Part shown: one piece after another, positions 9,747 through 18,618 of the stretch
Position numbering within the stretch: position 1 is the first letter of the stretch
Layout of the letters: each line of letters opens with the position of its first letter
NCBI GenBank assembly: GCA_049515535.1
Contig: JBEKTZ010000002.1
Coordinates: 273,467 to 337,466, forward strand
DNA length: 64,000 nt
Direction: 5' to 3'
Origin: Candidatus Aminicenantales bacterium
GTDB lineage: Bacteria > Acidobacteriota > Aminicenantia > Aminicenantales > UBA4085
Made by a program: the position numbers and the translations under genes
The notes under the pieces: model-generated
What the model saw: only the letters and a program-made list of their open reading frames with translations
What the model was told of the DNA's origin: nothing
Databases searched by the model: none

Positions 9747-11312
9747 ATGGAAAAGCTCAAAAGAGAATTTAAATATTATTATTACTACTATATCTATATC
9801 TACCTCGAACTCAGTTTCTTGATGTTTGTCGCGCACGAGCTTTGGCCGCAGAATAAATTCAGCTTCGTTATCGGCAGTATCCGGCTTCTTTTTGCCGCGG
9901 CGGGAGTCGCCGGGATTATTTTCTTGATCGTCACGAACCTGGGACGGATTTTATTCTGGATCAACAAACTACTTGTCGTCCTTCTCGTTTTTGGGATCCT
10001 CGTCCTCGCCAATATTTACTTCTCCAGCCACCACCTGCGCTTAGACTTCACGGAATCCAAGCTCCATTCGCTGTCCGATCAGTCGATCAAAGTCGTCGAA
10101 GCCCTCAAGAATGATGTCCGCATTATGGGCTTCTTCCGCGACGGGAACATAAGCCGAGCCCGGATGGAGGACCTGCTCAAGATCTACGCCTACCACTCGC
10201 CCCGGATCAAGGTCGAGTTCATCGACCCCGACAAGAACCCCGGCCTCCTCAAGCGCTATGAAATCGCCCAGGACGGCACGACCGTCTTCGAATGCGGCGA
10301 CAAGGACAACCGGATCACGACCGCGACCGAGGAAGACATCACCAACGCCATCATCAAGGTGACCCGCGAAAAGAAAAAGGTCATCTACTTCCTCGAAGGG
10401 CACGGCGAAAAAAGCACCGAAGTGACCGACGAGAACGGCTACTCCTTCATCAAGGACGATTTGACGAAGATGGGCTACGATGTCAAGAAGTTGCTGACGG
10501 CCCTCCCGGAATCCTTCCCCAAGGACTGCGCCCTGCTCGTCATCCCGGGCCCGGTCAAAGACTTCTTGGGGAATGAGCTCGACATCATCAAGAATTACCT
10601 CGAGGACGGAGGACGGGTGTTCTTCCTGATCGATCCCGAAACCGTCCCGGGCCTCATTCCAACCTTTGCCAGGTTCGGCTTCAAACTGGAGAATGACATC
10701 ATCATCGACCGTCCGACCATTTACGGCGGGGACTATCTGATGCCGATGATGAGCGCCATCATCTCTCATGAGATCACCAAGAACTTCCGATACGCCACAT
10801 ATTATCCCCTGGCCCGTTCGGTCGACGTGATCGACCCGAAACCGGACGGCGTCGCGACGTCGCAGGTTCTGGGCAAGACTGGCGAAAGCGCGTACACGAA
10901 AAAGAACTTCGTCCTTAAGAAAGGGATGACCGTGAAGGACATCGCCTTCGACGCGAAGAAAGATAAAAGGGGCCCGATTCCTCTGGCCGGCATCGCGACG
11001 TTGAAGCCCAAGACCTCCGGCGAGCCGGGCAATCCTTCGGCGGAAGGACGCCTGGCCCTGTTCGGAGATTCCGATTTCGCCTCGAACCACTATTACGGAG
11101 AAGGCGGCAACAGCAATCTTTTCCTGAATGTGGTCAACTGGCTGACCGAGGAATCCGACCTGATCTCGATCTCACCCAAAACCCAGAATCCACGCGCCAT
11201 CCAGCTCACCCCCACTCAAGGTAAATTCATTTATTTCTTTGCCATCTTTCTCTTATCCTTTCCCGTTCGCGCTCTGGCCGTCTCCATCTGGGTCCGGAGG
11301 AAATCGCTATGA
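9747..11312 (+). CDS. GldG-family ABC auxiliary component
   Basis: LDFT..K.HSLS.QS, YFL.GHGE, GDSDF, N.NLFLN.VNWL; N- and C-terminal TM segments. Confidence 0.85.
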   Translation: MEKLKREFKYYYYYYIYIYLELSFLMFVAHELWPQNKFSFVIGSIRLLFAAAGVAGIIFLIVTNLGRILFWINKLLVVLLVFGILVLANIYFSSHHLRLDFTESKLHSLSDQSIKVVEALKNDVRIMGFFRDGNISRARMEDLLKIYAYHSPRIKVEFIDPDKNPGLLKRYEIAQDGTTVFECGDKDNRITTATEEDITNAIIKVTREKKKVIYFLEGHGEKSTEVTDENGYSFIKDDLTKMGYDVKKLLTALPESFPKDCALLVIPGPVKDFLGNELDIIKNYLEDGGRVFFLIDPETVPGLIPTFARFGFKLENDIIIDRPTIYGGDYLMPMMSAIISHEITKNFRYATYYPLARSVDVIDPKPDGVATSQVLGKTGESAYTKKNFVLKKGMTVKDIAFDAKKDKRGPIPLAGIATLKPKTSGEPGNPSAEGRLALFGDSDFASNHYYGEGGNSNLFLNVVNWLTEESDLISISPKTQNPRAIQLTPTQGKFIYFFAIFLLSFPVRALAVSIWVRRKSL

Positions 11313-12697
11313 AATTCAAGACCACGATCATTCTTTTCGTCGTCTTCGCGATTTTCTTGGTGGTCGTCCTCGTCTTTGACAAAAAAGGCAAAGAGAACAA
11401 GGCCGCGGGCTCCGAAGAAAAGCTGGTGACTCTCGCGGCCGCGGACATCCAGAAGATGACGTTCAAAAAGGACGGCGAGACCCTCACCTTCAAAAAGGAC
11501 GACAAGGGCGGCTGGCTGATCATCGAGCCCATGGAGGTCAAAGCTGACGATAACGAAGTCGGTCCGTTCGCCGACAGTTTCGCGGATCTGAAGATCGAAC
11601 GCGTCGTGGAAAAAGAGAACGCCGATCTGAAAAAATACGAGATCCCGAGAAAAGAGATCTGGCTTTGGCTCAAGGGCCAGGAAACGCCGGCCAAAGTCCT
11701 GATCGGCATGGAAAACCCGCTCGACAACACGTTCTTCGCCCAGAAAGAGGGCGACAAGCGCGTCGTCCTGATCGCGAGCTCGTTGAAAACGATGCTCGAG
11801 AAAAAGCTATTCGATTTCCGGCAAAAAGACATCTTCAAATTCGAGACGGGTGACGTGAAAAGCATCCACCTCGTCGCCAAGGACATGAAATGGGAGGCCC
11901 GGAAGGACGATGAGGAGTGGTTCATCCAATCGCCGTTCAAAGCGCGGGCCAAAGACGGCAAGATTTCGAACCTCCTCGATTCCTTATCCAATCAAAGAGC
12001 CAAGGAATTCGTCGCGGAGAATAAAAAACCCGAAGATCTCAAAAAAAGCGGTTTGGATAAGCCGGAATATCACATCACGCTGGCTCTTCCAAAATCCAAT
12101 ACAGAGCTGACGTTCGCCTTCCATAAGGATAACGATAAGACCTATGTCACGACGTCCCAGTCGACGAAGATCATCGTCCCGGAGATCGAATTGTTGAACG
12201 ACCTCGAAAAAAAGGCCGAGGAATTGAGGGAAAACAAGGTCGTCGGCTTCAACGCCTGGCAGGCGAGCAAGGTCGTCCTTAAAAAGGGCGTCATAAGTCT
12301 GACCTTAGCCAAGGCGCAAAATGATAAGTGGTATTTCGATGCCGAGCAAAAACAAGAGGCCGACGCGTCTAAGGTGGACACGTTCCTCCGCAAGATCGAA
12401 AGCCTCGAGACGACTGAGTATATCGACGCCCCAAAGAGCCTGGCCGAATACGGCCTGGACCGGCCGCAGGCCGAGGTGACGGTCTGGACCAAAGAAACGG
12501 GAGAAAAAGCGGTCGAAAAATCCTTTGGCGTTCTCATCGGCAAGAGCGACAAGGACAAGAAACAGGTCGTGGTGAAAAACGTCCGGCTGGATTACCTGTT
12601 CAAGGTCGACAACGCGTTCCTCGACGAATTCCCGAAGGAAGCGAAAGACTGGAAAGCCCCGGAACCGGAGAAGAAAGAGCCGGAGAAAAAGAAATAG
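11309..12697 (+). CDS. DUF4340-like periplasmic protein
   Basis: N-terminal TM anchor; three internal repeats ending in L..YGLD.P-like motifs; usual partner of GldAFG-like systems. Confidence 0.75.
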   Translation: MKFKTTIILFVVFAIFLVVVLVFDKKGKENKAAGSEEKLVTLAAADIQKMTFKKDGETLTFKKDDKGGWLIIEPMEVKADDNEVGPFADSFADLKIERVVEKENADLKKYEIPRKEIWLWLKGQETPAKVLIGMENPLDNTFFAQKEGDKRVVLIASSLKTMLEKKLFDFRQKDIFKFETGDVKSIHLVAKDMKWEARKDDEEWFIQSPFKARAKDGKISNLLDSLSNQRAKEFVAENKKPEDLKKSGLDKPEYHITLALPKSNTELTFAFHKDNDKTYVTTSQSTKIIVPEIELLNDLEKKAEELRENKVVGFNAWQASKVVLKKGVISLTLAKAQNDKWYFDAEQKQEADASKVDTFLRKIESLETTEYIDAPKSLAEYGLDRPQAEVTVWTKETGEKAVEKSFGVLIGKSDKDKKQVVVKNVRLDYLFKVDNAFLDEFPKEAKDWKAPEPEKKEPEKKK

Positions 12698-12704
12698 AAC
12701 CGCC

Positions 12705-13769
12705 TTGTCGAACCCTCTGGGACCGGATTTCGCCCAAGCCTTGCTCCGCTGGTACCGCGTTCATAAGCGGAGCCTGCCATGGCGGAAGACGCGCGATCCC
12801 TACAGGATATGGATCTCGGAGATCATGCTCCAGCAGACCACGGTCAGCGCCGTCATCCCCTATTACCTGCGCTGGCTGAAGGCGTTCCCGGACGTCACCT
12901 CTTTGGCCCGAGCGCGCCTCCAAGAGGTTCTCAAGACATGGCAAGGGCTCGGCTATTACCAAAGAGCGCGGAATCTCCATGCCGCCGCCGGAATCTTCGC
13001 CAAGGAATTCCGGGGGAAGATCCCCAGGGATTTCGAAACGTTGATCAAGATTCCCGGTTTCGGTCCCTATACGACGGCGGCTGTCCTCAGCCTGGCCTAT
13101 AACGAACCCCATCCGGTTCTGGACGCGAACGTCAGGCGGGTCATGATGAGGCTCTCCGCTCTCCGCGGCCAAGCGAACGGCCGTCGGGATGGCCGGATCC
13201 TCGCCGAGCTTCGGGCCATCATTCCGAAAAAATCCGCGGGGTCCTTCAATCAGGCCATGATGGAATTGGGCGCGCTCGTCTGTAAATCGCGGAGTCCGGA
13301 GTGTCTTGGCTGTCCGGTCTTGGCCTTTTGTCTGGCCTTCGAACTCGGTGAACAGGAGGTCATCCCTCTTCCGCGCAAGCGGAGCTTTCGCCGCATCTCA
13401 GCTGTCGTCGGGATCATCGAAAAGGACGGGCGCTATTTCATTCAAAAAAGACCGTCCAACGGGCTTCTCGCCGGGCTGTGGGAGTTTCCAGGAGGGAAAG
13501 TCAGACCCGGAGAGAGTTTCATCAAAGCGCTCGCCCGCGAAATCAAGGAAGAGCTCGGCGCTGAGGTCGCCAAGGCGGATTTTCTGATCAAGGTCGAGCA
13601 TTTCTACACGACAAATCACGTAATGCTGCGGGCCTACCGAAGCCGATTGAAGGGCCGGCCCCGGATGACGCGCGGGATTCATAAATGGGTCGCGCTCGGG
13701 AATTTCCATAAATATCCATTTCCGTCCGGAAGCGCTAAAATCGTCCGCTTCCTTGAAAATAAATCCTAA
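12705..13769 (+). CDS. mutY: A/G-specific adenine glycosylase MutY with a C-terminal Nudix (MutT-like) domain
   Basis: LPWR, SEIMLQQT, W.GLGYY.RARNL, HhH PGFG.YT, 4Fe-4S motif C-X6-C-X2-C-X5-C, complete Nudix box. Confidence 0.93.
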   Translation: MSNPLGPDFAQALLRWYRVHKRSLPWRKTRDPYRIWISEIMLQQTTVSAVIPYYLRWLKAFPDVTSLARARLQEVLKTWQGLGYYQRARNLHAAAGIFAKEFRGKIPRDFETLIKIPGFGPYTTAAVLSLAYNEPHPVLDANVRRVMMRLSALRGQANGRRDGRILAELRAIIPKKSAGSFNQAMMELGALVCKSRSPECLGCPVLAFCLAFELGEQEVIPLPRKRSFRRISAVVGIIEKDGRYFIQKRPSNGLLAGLWEFPGGKVRPGESFIKALAREIKEELGAEVAKADFLIKVEHFYTTNHVMLRAYRSRLKGRPRMTRGIHKWVALGNFHKYPFPSGSAKIVRFLENKS

Positions 13770-13805
13770 GAGGGACACAATACGAGGAAGGCGGAGTGAC
13801 CCCCC

Positions 13806-14873
13806 ATGAATCTCTCTTTCAAATTCGTCGATTACGGCACTCGTCTCGAGCCCGAGCCCGGCGCCATCGTCCTCGACGTAGGGATGAAAACCGTTCCCGG
13901 GGTCATCGACCATCATCATCCCGGAGCCGAGCCGGAATGCGCGGCGTCGCTCGTGGTCAAGCACCCGGGACTCGTCCTGGATCATATCCGGCCCGGCGGC
14001 AAAAACCTGAATGCGCCGCTCCCCGATCCTCTGACATTCATCACCCACAAGCTCCCTGACTTCGATTCCCTGGCTTCGATCTTTCTCGCCATGAAACTCC
14101 TTGAAACAAACCGCGTGGATCCGTCCATGGCGAAAATCGCCGCCTACGCTAAGCTCGCGGATTCAGCCAGGCTCTCGAAACAGATCGAACTTTCGCGAAC
14201 GCCCTATGCCGTCCTTCGGGCGCTTTTTTCCGGCTCCAAAAGAAGCGAGGAAGACATCAACAAGGAAAGGATCGAGGAAGGCCTGAAATTCATGCGCTTT
14301 CTCTACGCCAAATCCGAGGAGGGCCAGGATATCGTCGAAAACCGGAAGCTCTTCGCCGGCATCGACCGCTATGAGCGCGCCGCGCGAAAAATCGAGGAGG
14401 ACGATACCCATTATCTGGCGGATCTCGGCCGGGGACGAATCCTGCGTCTCGATCTTCCGACCCTCGATCGAACATCCCGCAAGAGCGTCGACGGTCTGGC
14501 CGTCTCCAATCCACGAAGCTTCTTGCTCAAAGAATGGGCCTGGCGGGACAAGGACAACTCTCCGTCCGGCACGGGCTTCGGCTTCCTGATGATGTCTTTC
14601 GGGAGCTCGCGATTTATTCTCGGCGTTGACCCCGACCGCGGCGTGAATCTCAGGGGGCTCGGACCGCTTCTCGATCAAAAGGAACGCGAAAAACGGAACG
14701 CCGAGGAGAGGGCCGCCGGTCCTCCCTGGTATGAAGGCGACTGTCCCTTTTTCGATTTCCGCATCGTCGATTCTCCGCAGGACGGAACGTCGCTGGGCCT
14801 CAAAGAGGTCCTCGAGGCCGTTTTGGCGCACGGCAACGGCCATGTCCTCGAATCCATAAAGGAGCGTTCATGA
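13806..14873 (+). CDS. Hypothetical protein with DHH phosphoesterase-like motifs in permuted order
   Basis: VLDVG...IDHHH followed by THKLPDFDS; codon usage like neighbouring genes; ATGA-coupled to the next gene. Confidence 0.6.
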   Translation: MNLSFKFVDYGTRLEPEPGAIVLDVGMKTVPGVIDHHHPGAEPECAASLVVKHPGLVLDHIRPGGKNLNAPLPDPLTFITHKLPDFDSLASIFLAMKLLETNRVDPSMAKIAAYAKLADSARLSKQIELSRTPYAVLRALFSGSKRSEEDINKERIEEGLKFMRFLYAKSEEGQDIVENRKLFAGIDRYERAARKIEEDDTHYLADLGRGRILRLDLPTLDRTSRKSVDGLAVSNPRSFLLKEWAWRDKDNSPSGTGFGFLMMSFGSSRFILGVDPDRGVNLRGLGPLLDQKEREKRNAEERAAGPPWYEGDCPFFDFRIVDSPQDGTSLGLKEVLEAVLAHGNGHVLESIKERS

Positions 14874-15376
14874 AAAAAGCCGTATTCGCGATTTCCTTTT
14901 TGCTCATCGCCGCCGGAATCCTCGCCGCCCAAAACGATGCGGATAAAATCAAATCCGAAATCGACGCCCTCATGACATCGTGGCATAGGGCGGCGGCCAC
15001 GGCGGACGCCAAGACCTATTTCGGCTTGATGGCGCCGGGCGCGATTTTCCTGGGAACGGACGCCTCCGAACGCTGGACCAAGGATGAATTCCAAAAATAC
15101 GCAGCGCCGAGCTTCAGGCGGGAATCGGCCTGGATCTATGTCGCGACCCGGCGGAACGTCTTTTTGTCTGCGGACCAAACCTTCGCCTGGCTCGATGAGG
15201 AGCTGGCTTCGAAATCCTATTGGACCTGCCGGGGCACGGCCGTGCTCGAAAAGATCGACGGGCAATGGAAGATCCGGCACTATAATTTGATGTTCACGGT
15301 CCCCAATTCCGCGGTGAAAGACGTCAAGCCGATCGTCGAGCGAGAGTTGGCCAAAAAACCGCCCATCGATAAATGA
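14870..15376 (+). CDS. Secreted NTF2/SnoaL-like protein
   Basis: Signal peptide; WH.AAA.AD...YF, FLGTDASERW, RGTAVL, WKI.HYNL. Confidence 0.8.
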   Translation: MKKAVFAISFLLIAAGILAAQNDADKIKSEIDALMTSWHRAAATADAKTYFGLMAPGAIFLGTDASERWTKDEFQKYAAPSFRRESAWIYVATRRNVFLSADQTFAWLDEELASKSYWTCRGTAVLEKIDGQWKIRHYNLMFTVPNSAVKDVKPIVERELAKKPPIDK

Positions 15377-15514
15377 GAGGGAAAAAAGCTGGCGGCGGAG
15401 CTCGGATTATCCTTATAGTGCTGCCGGCCCTCTTGATCGGACCCGCCGTCGACACGGTCAACGCCACCGACGTCATTTGGGATTTTTTCAAAAAATATTA
15501 GCCGGACCGGCGCG

Positions 15515-16624
15515 TCAGGCCTGGAAAGCTTCGCGACGCACGGTCACGCGCTCCAACTTGTCCGCGAGGACCTTAACCCCGATCCCCGGCCCGGTCGGCA
15601 CGCTCAAAGTCGAATCGGAATTGAGAACGAATTCGGGGTCGACGATGTCTTCTTTATAATATCGCCGGCTCGCGGAAATGTCCCCGGGGAGGGTGAAATT
15701 GGGCAGCGAAGCCAGCGCGACGTTGCCGGCGCGTCCGATGCCCGACTCCAGCATCCCGCCGTGCCAAACCGGGACCTGGTTCAAAGCGCAATAATCATGG
15801 ATGGCCATCGATTCCGAGAAGCCGCCGACCCGCCCCGGCTTGATGTTGATCACGCGGCAGCTTTTCAATTCCAACGCCGCGCGAGCGTCGGCCGGCGAAT
15901 GAATGCTTTCGTCAAGACAGATGGGCGTTTTGAGTTCGCGCTGCAATTTGGAATGATCATAGATGTCCTCATGGCTCAGCGGTTGCTCGATCAGCAACAG
16001 GCCGGCGTCGTCCATGGCCCGAAAAACGCCGATGTCGTCCAGGCTAAAAGCGGAATTGGCATCCACTTGAAGAAGGATGGCGGGAAACGCCCTGCGGACG
16101 GCCCTCACCAAATCGATATCCCGTCCCGGCGCGATCTTGATTTTGATCCGCCGGTATCCTTCCTCCAAATACCGCGCGATTTTTTTGACGAGCGCCTCCG
16201 GCGTTGCCTGCAGGCCGATACTGACGCCCACGCTGACACGTTCGCGCGTGCCGCCCAGCATTTTGGAGAGGGACACGCCCCGGGCCTTGGCCAGGATATC
16301 CCAAAGGGCCGATTCCAGCCCGGCCTTGGCCATTCTATGGCCGCGAACACGGCGGGCCGGAGCCATGGCCTCCTCAATCCCGTCGATGTCACGGCCTAAA
16401 ACCGCCGGGATCAAAAAATCGCGCAGGACGTGCCAGGCGGTCTGGATGGTTTCGTACGAATAGAAAGGAGCCGCCGCGACGACGCATTCTCCCCAACCCG
16501 TGACGCCCTCGCCGTCCACTCGGACCATGATATGTTCTTCATGGGTCTCGACGCCCATGGACGTCTCGAACGCGGACACCAATTCCATTTTCGTATGCCG
16601 GATCTCGATCCGTTCGATGCGCAT
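15515..16624 (-). CDS. menC: o-succinylbenzoate synthase / N-acylamino acid racemase (enolase superfamily)
   Basis: KIKI, VDAN, IEQPL, LDES, INIK.GRVGG, GGMLESGIGR, PGDISAS. No men operon nearby, so a racemase role is equally possible. Confidence 0.8.
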   Translation of the reverse strand: MRIERIEIRHTKMELVSAFETSMGVETHEEHIMVRVDGEGVTGWGECVVAAAPFYSYETIQTAWHVLRDFLIPAVLGRDIDGIEEAMAPARRVRGHRMAKAGLESALWDILAKARGVSLSKMLGGTRERVSVGVSIGLQATPEALVKKIARYLEEGYRRIKIKIAPGRDIDLVRAVRRAFPAILLQVDANSAFSLDDIGVFRAMDDAGLLLIEQPLSHEDIYDHSKLQRELKTPICLDESIHSPADARAALELKSCRVINIKPGRVGGFSESMAIHDYCALNQVPVWHGGMLESGIGRAGNVALASLPNFTLPGDISASRRYYKEDIVDPEFVLNSDSTLSVPTGPGIGVKVLADKLERVTVRREAFQA

Positions 16625-16678
16625 GGAAGCCTCCTCATTGAACGCTGCTTCAATGTCCAAAAAAAGAATACCATACTC

Positions 16679-16781
16679 GTCAAGGGACGAGCCTTCGGCT
16701 CGCCACTCGCCCGTGGCTTATATCCACGGGCGAGTACGGCGGAAGTGGACCCCCGGGTAAAGCCCGGGGCCCCGGCCGCCG
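16679..16781. repeat. Dispersed structured intergenic element, copy 1
   Basis: Shares GTCAAGGGACGAGCCTTCG and AGTGGACCCCCGGG.AAAGCCCGGG.CCCCGGCCGCCG with 45559-45623; carries an extra 12-bp hairpin at 16705-16735. Confidence 0.8.
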
Positions 16782-16855
16782 TCGAAAAAATACCGGGAAA
16801 TGAGTTTTCCGCCGGAGGACGAGCGGAACCGGTCTGGGTCTGGCTTGGTTTCCGG

Positions 16856-18034
16856 TTATTTCAAGCCGAGTTCTCGATGTTTTCCGGCGATCGTCTCGGC
16901 CAGGCTGTCGATGGCCGCGAAATCCGTTTCGCGCGGCAGTCCCCGGCAGATGACCGGGGCCAGAACCTCGGCCTTGAGATTGGGGATCATGGCCGCGATC
17001 TGTTCCACGATCTTGTTTCCCCAGCCGTAGGAGCCGATGATCGCGGCGAACTTCAGCTTGGGCCGCAAGGCGTTGGCCAGAAACGCCGCGTATGCGATTT
17101 TGGGATGGGGCCCGATATGGACGGCCGGCGTTCCGAGAACGACCGTCGCCGCGTCGACGAGGGCCGCGGCCAGCTTCCCGATGTCGCTATCGGCCAGATT
17201 GAATTGACAAACCGACACGCCCCGCGCGTCCAAAGCGCTGACCAAACGGCTCACCATTTTTTCGGTGCTGCCGTGCATGGAGACATAAGCCACGACCGCG
17301 ACGTTTTTCGGCTGATCGGAGATCCAGTCCCGGTAGGCGTCCAGGATGAATTTCGGCCGCCCGTAAACCGGACCATGGCTCGGCGCGATGATCTTGATAT
17401 CGTGGTCTTTGAGCCGTTCCATGTTCTTCTGGATCGCGGTCCGGAAGGGCATCATGATCTCGGCGAAATACCGCTTGGCCGCTTCATAAACGCGGTCCTC
17501 ATCCGTTACGTAGAGCTCGGACTGGGCCAAATGCGAGCCGAAGAAATCGCAAGTGAAAAGGATTTTTTCTTCCTTAACGTAGGTGACCATGGTCTCGGGC
17601 CAATGGACCCACGGCGTATGGATGAATTCAAGCGTCAGGTGGCCGAGGGAAAGGGTCTCCCCGTCCCCGACCGTGATGAATTTCTCTTCTGGAACGGCCA
17701 GAAGATCCATGAGGATGCCCTTGGCTTTGGGCGAACAGACAACCCGGGCTTTGGGATATTTGTCGAGGACCGCGGGAATCGACCCCGAATGGTCCTGTTC
17801 GCCGTGATGGGCGACCACGTAATCGACGGCGTCGACAGGACGAAGATTCTCGAAAAGAACATCGCGCTGCGTGGGATCGACGGTGTCGATCAGGGCCGTT
17901 TTCCGGTCGCCCCGGACGAGATAGGAGTTATAGCTCGTGCCGTCCGGGAGCGGGATCAGCCCGTCGAAAAGCCGGCGGTCCCAATCGATCGCGCCGACGG
18001 CGTCGATGGCGGCGGCGAGGATTCTGGATCTCAT
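16856..18034 (-). CDS. fprA: Flavodiiron protein (FprA family)
   Basis: GTSYNSYL, H.E.DH, HWPET, TCDFFG, PSHG and a C-terminal flavodoxin domain (YVSMHGST, GSYGWG). Confidence 0.92.
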   Translation of the reverse strand: MRSRILAAAIDAVGAIDWDRRLFDGLIPLPDGTSYNSYLVRGDRKTALIDTVDPTQRDVLFENLRPVDAVDYVVAHHGEQDHSGSIPAVLDKYPKARVVCSPKAKGILMDLLAVPEEKFITVGDGETLSLGHLTLEFIHTPWVHWPETMVTYVKEEKILFTCDFFGSHLAQSELYVTDEDRVYEAAKRYFAEIMMPFRTAIQKNMERLKDHDIKIIAPSHGPVYGRPKFILDAYRDWISDQPKNVAVVAYVSMHGSTEKMVSRLVSALDARGVSVCQFNLADSDIGKLAAALVDAATVVLGTPAVHIGPHPKIAYAAFLANALRPKLKFAAIIGSYGWGNKIVEQIAAMIPNLKAEVLAPVICRGLPRETDFAAIDSLAETIAGKHRELGLK

Positions 18035-18117
18035 GGTTTTTCCTTTCGACCGTTTTCGATATCCATTCCTATATAATATATCGGAATATGTCCCTTGAAT
18101 CAAGGGGCGGCCATTGT

Positions 18118-18603
18118 TCATCGGCCGGCCTTGCCCGTCATCTCGTCGATGTCCAAGCGCAATATCGCCGCGCGCGCATAAGCCTGGTCGTCTTTGAGCG
18201 ATCGTTTTTTGACGGCGTCAGGATTTTCTTCAAGATGGCGAAGCATCACGTCCATTCCGTGTTTCTTCTCGTCAAGACCTTCGACCTCAAGGAGCTTTCC
18301 GTAAAGAACGACCGATCGATAGCCGTGAGCGCATTCGCCCATGATGTATCCGCGGTCCTCGATCACCGTGGCGCAGACGTTTGGATTCGCCCGCAGATAG
18401 TCGAGTTTCACTCCCCGGTGGGCCGTATGGAAATAGAGCGCTTTTCGGTCGGCGTCATAGCCGTAGCTCAGGGTCACGATATAGGGAAGGTCGCTGCTGC
18501 TGAGGGCTATGACCGCGTATTTTCCTTGCTTGAGGATCTCTTCCATGACGGCCGGGTCCGCGATTTCTCGCTCCACCTTGTTCATATGATATCGCCTCAT
18601 CAC
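18118..18603 (-). CDS. Pyridoxamine 5'-phosphate oxidase-like flavin-binding protein (NimA-like)
   Basis: PYIV.LSYG, LYFHTA..G.K, NP.VC, YRSVV..G, MTGK. Confidence 0.82.
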   Translation of the reverse strand: MMRRYHMNKVEREIADPAVMEEILKQGKYAVIALSSSDLPYIVTLSYGYDADRKALYFHTAHRGVKLDYLRANPNVCATVIEDRGYIMGECAHGYRSVVLYGKLLEVEGLDEKKHGMDVMLRHLEENPDAVKKRSLKDDQAYARAAILRLDIDEMTGKAGR

Positions 18604-18618
18604 GAATCTCCTCTCCTT

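Noticed and set aside
8053..12697. Gliding motility machinery
   Set aside because: GldAFG-like ABC systems with DUF4340 are widespread in non-gliding bacteria, and no other gld/spr genes are present.
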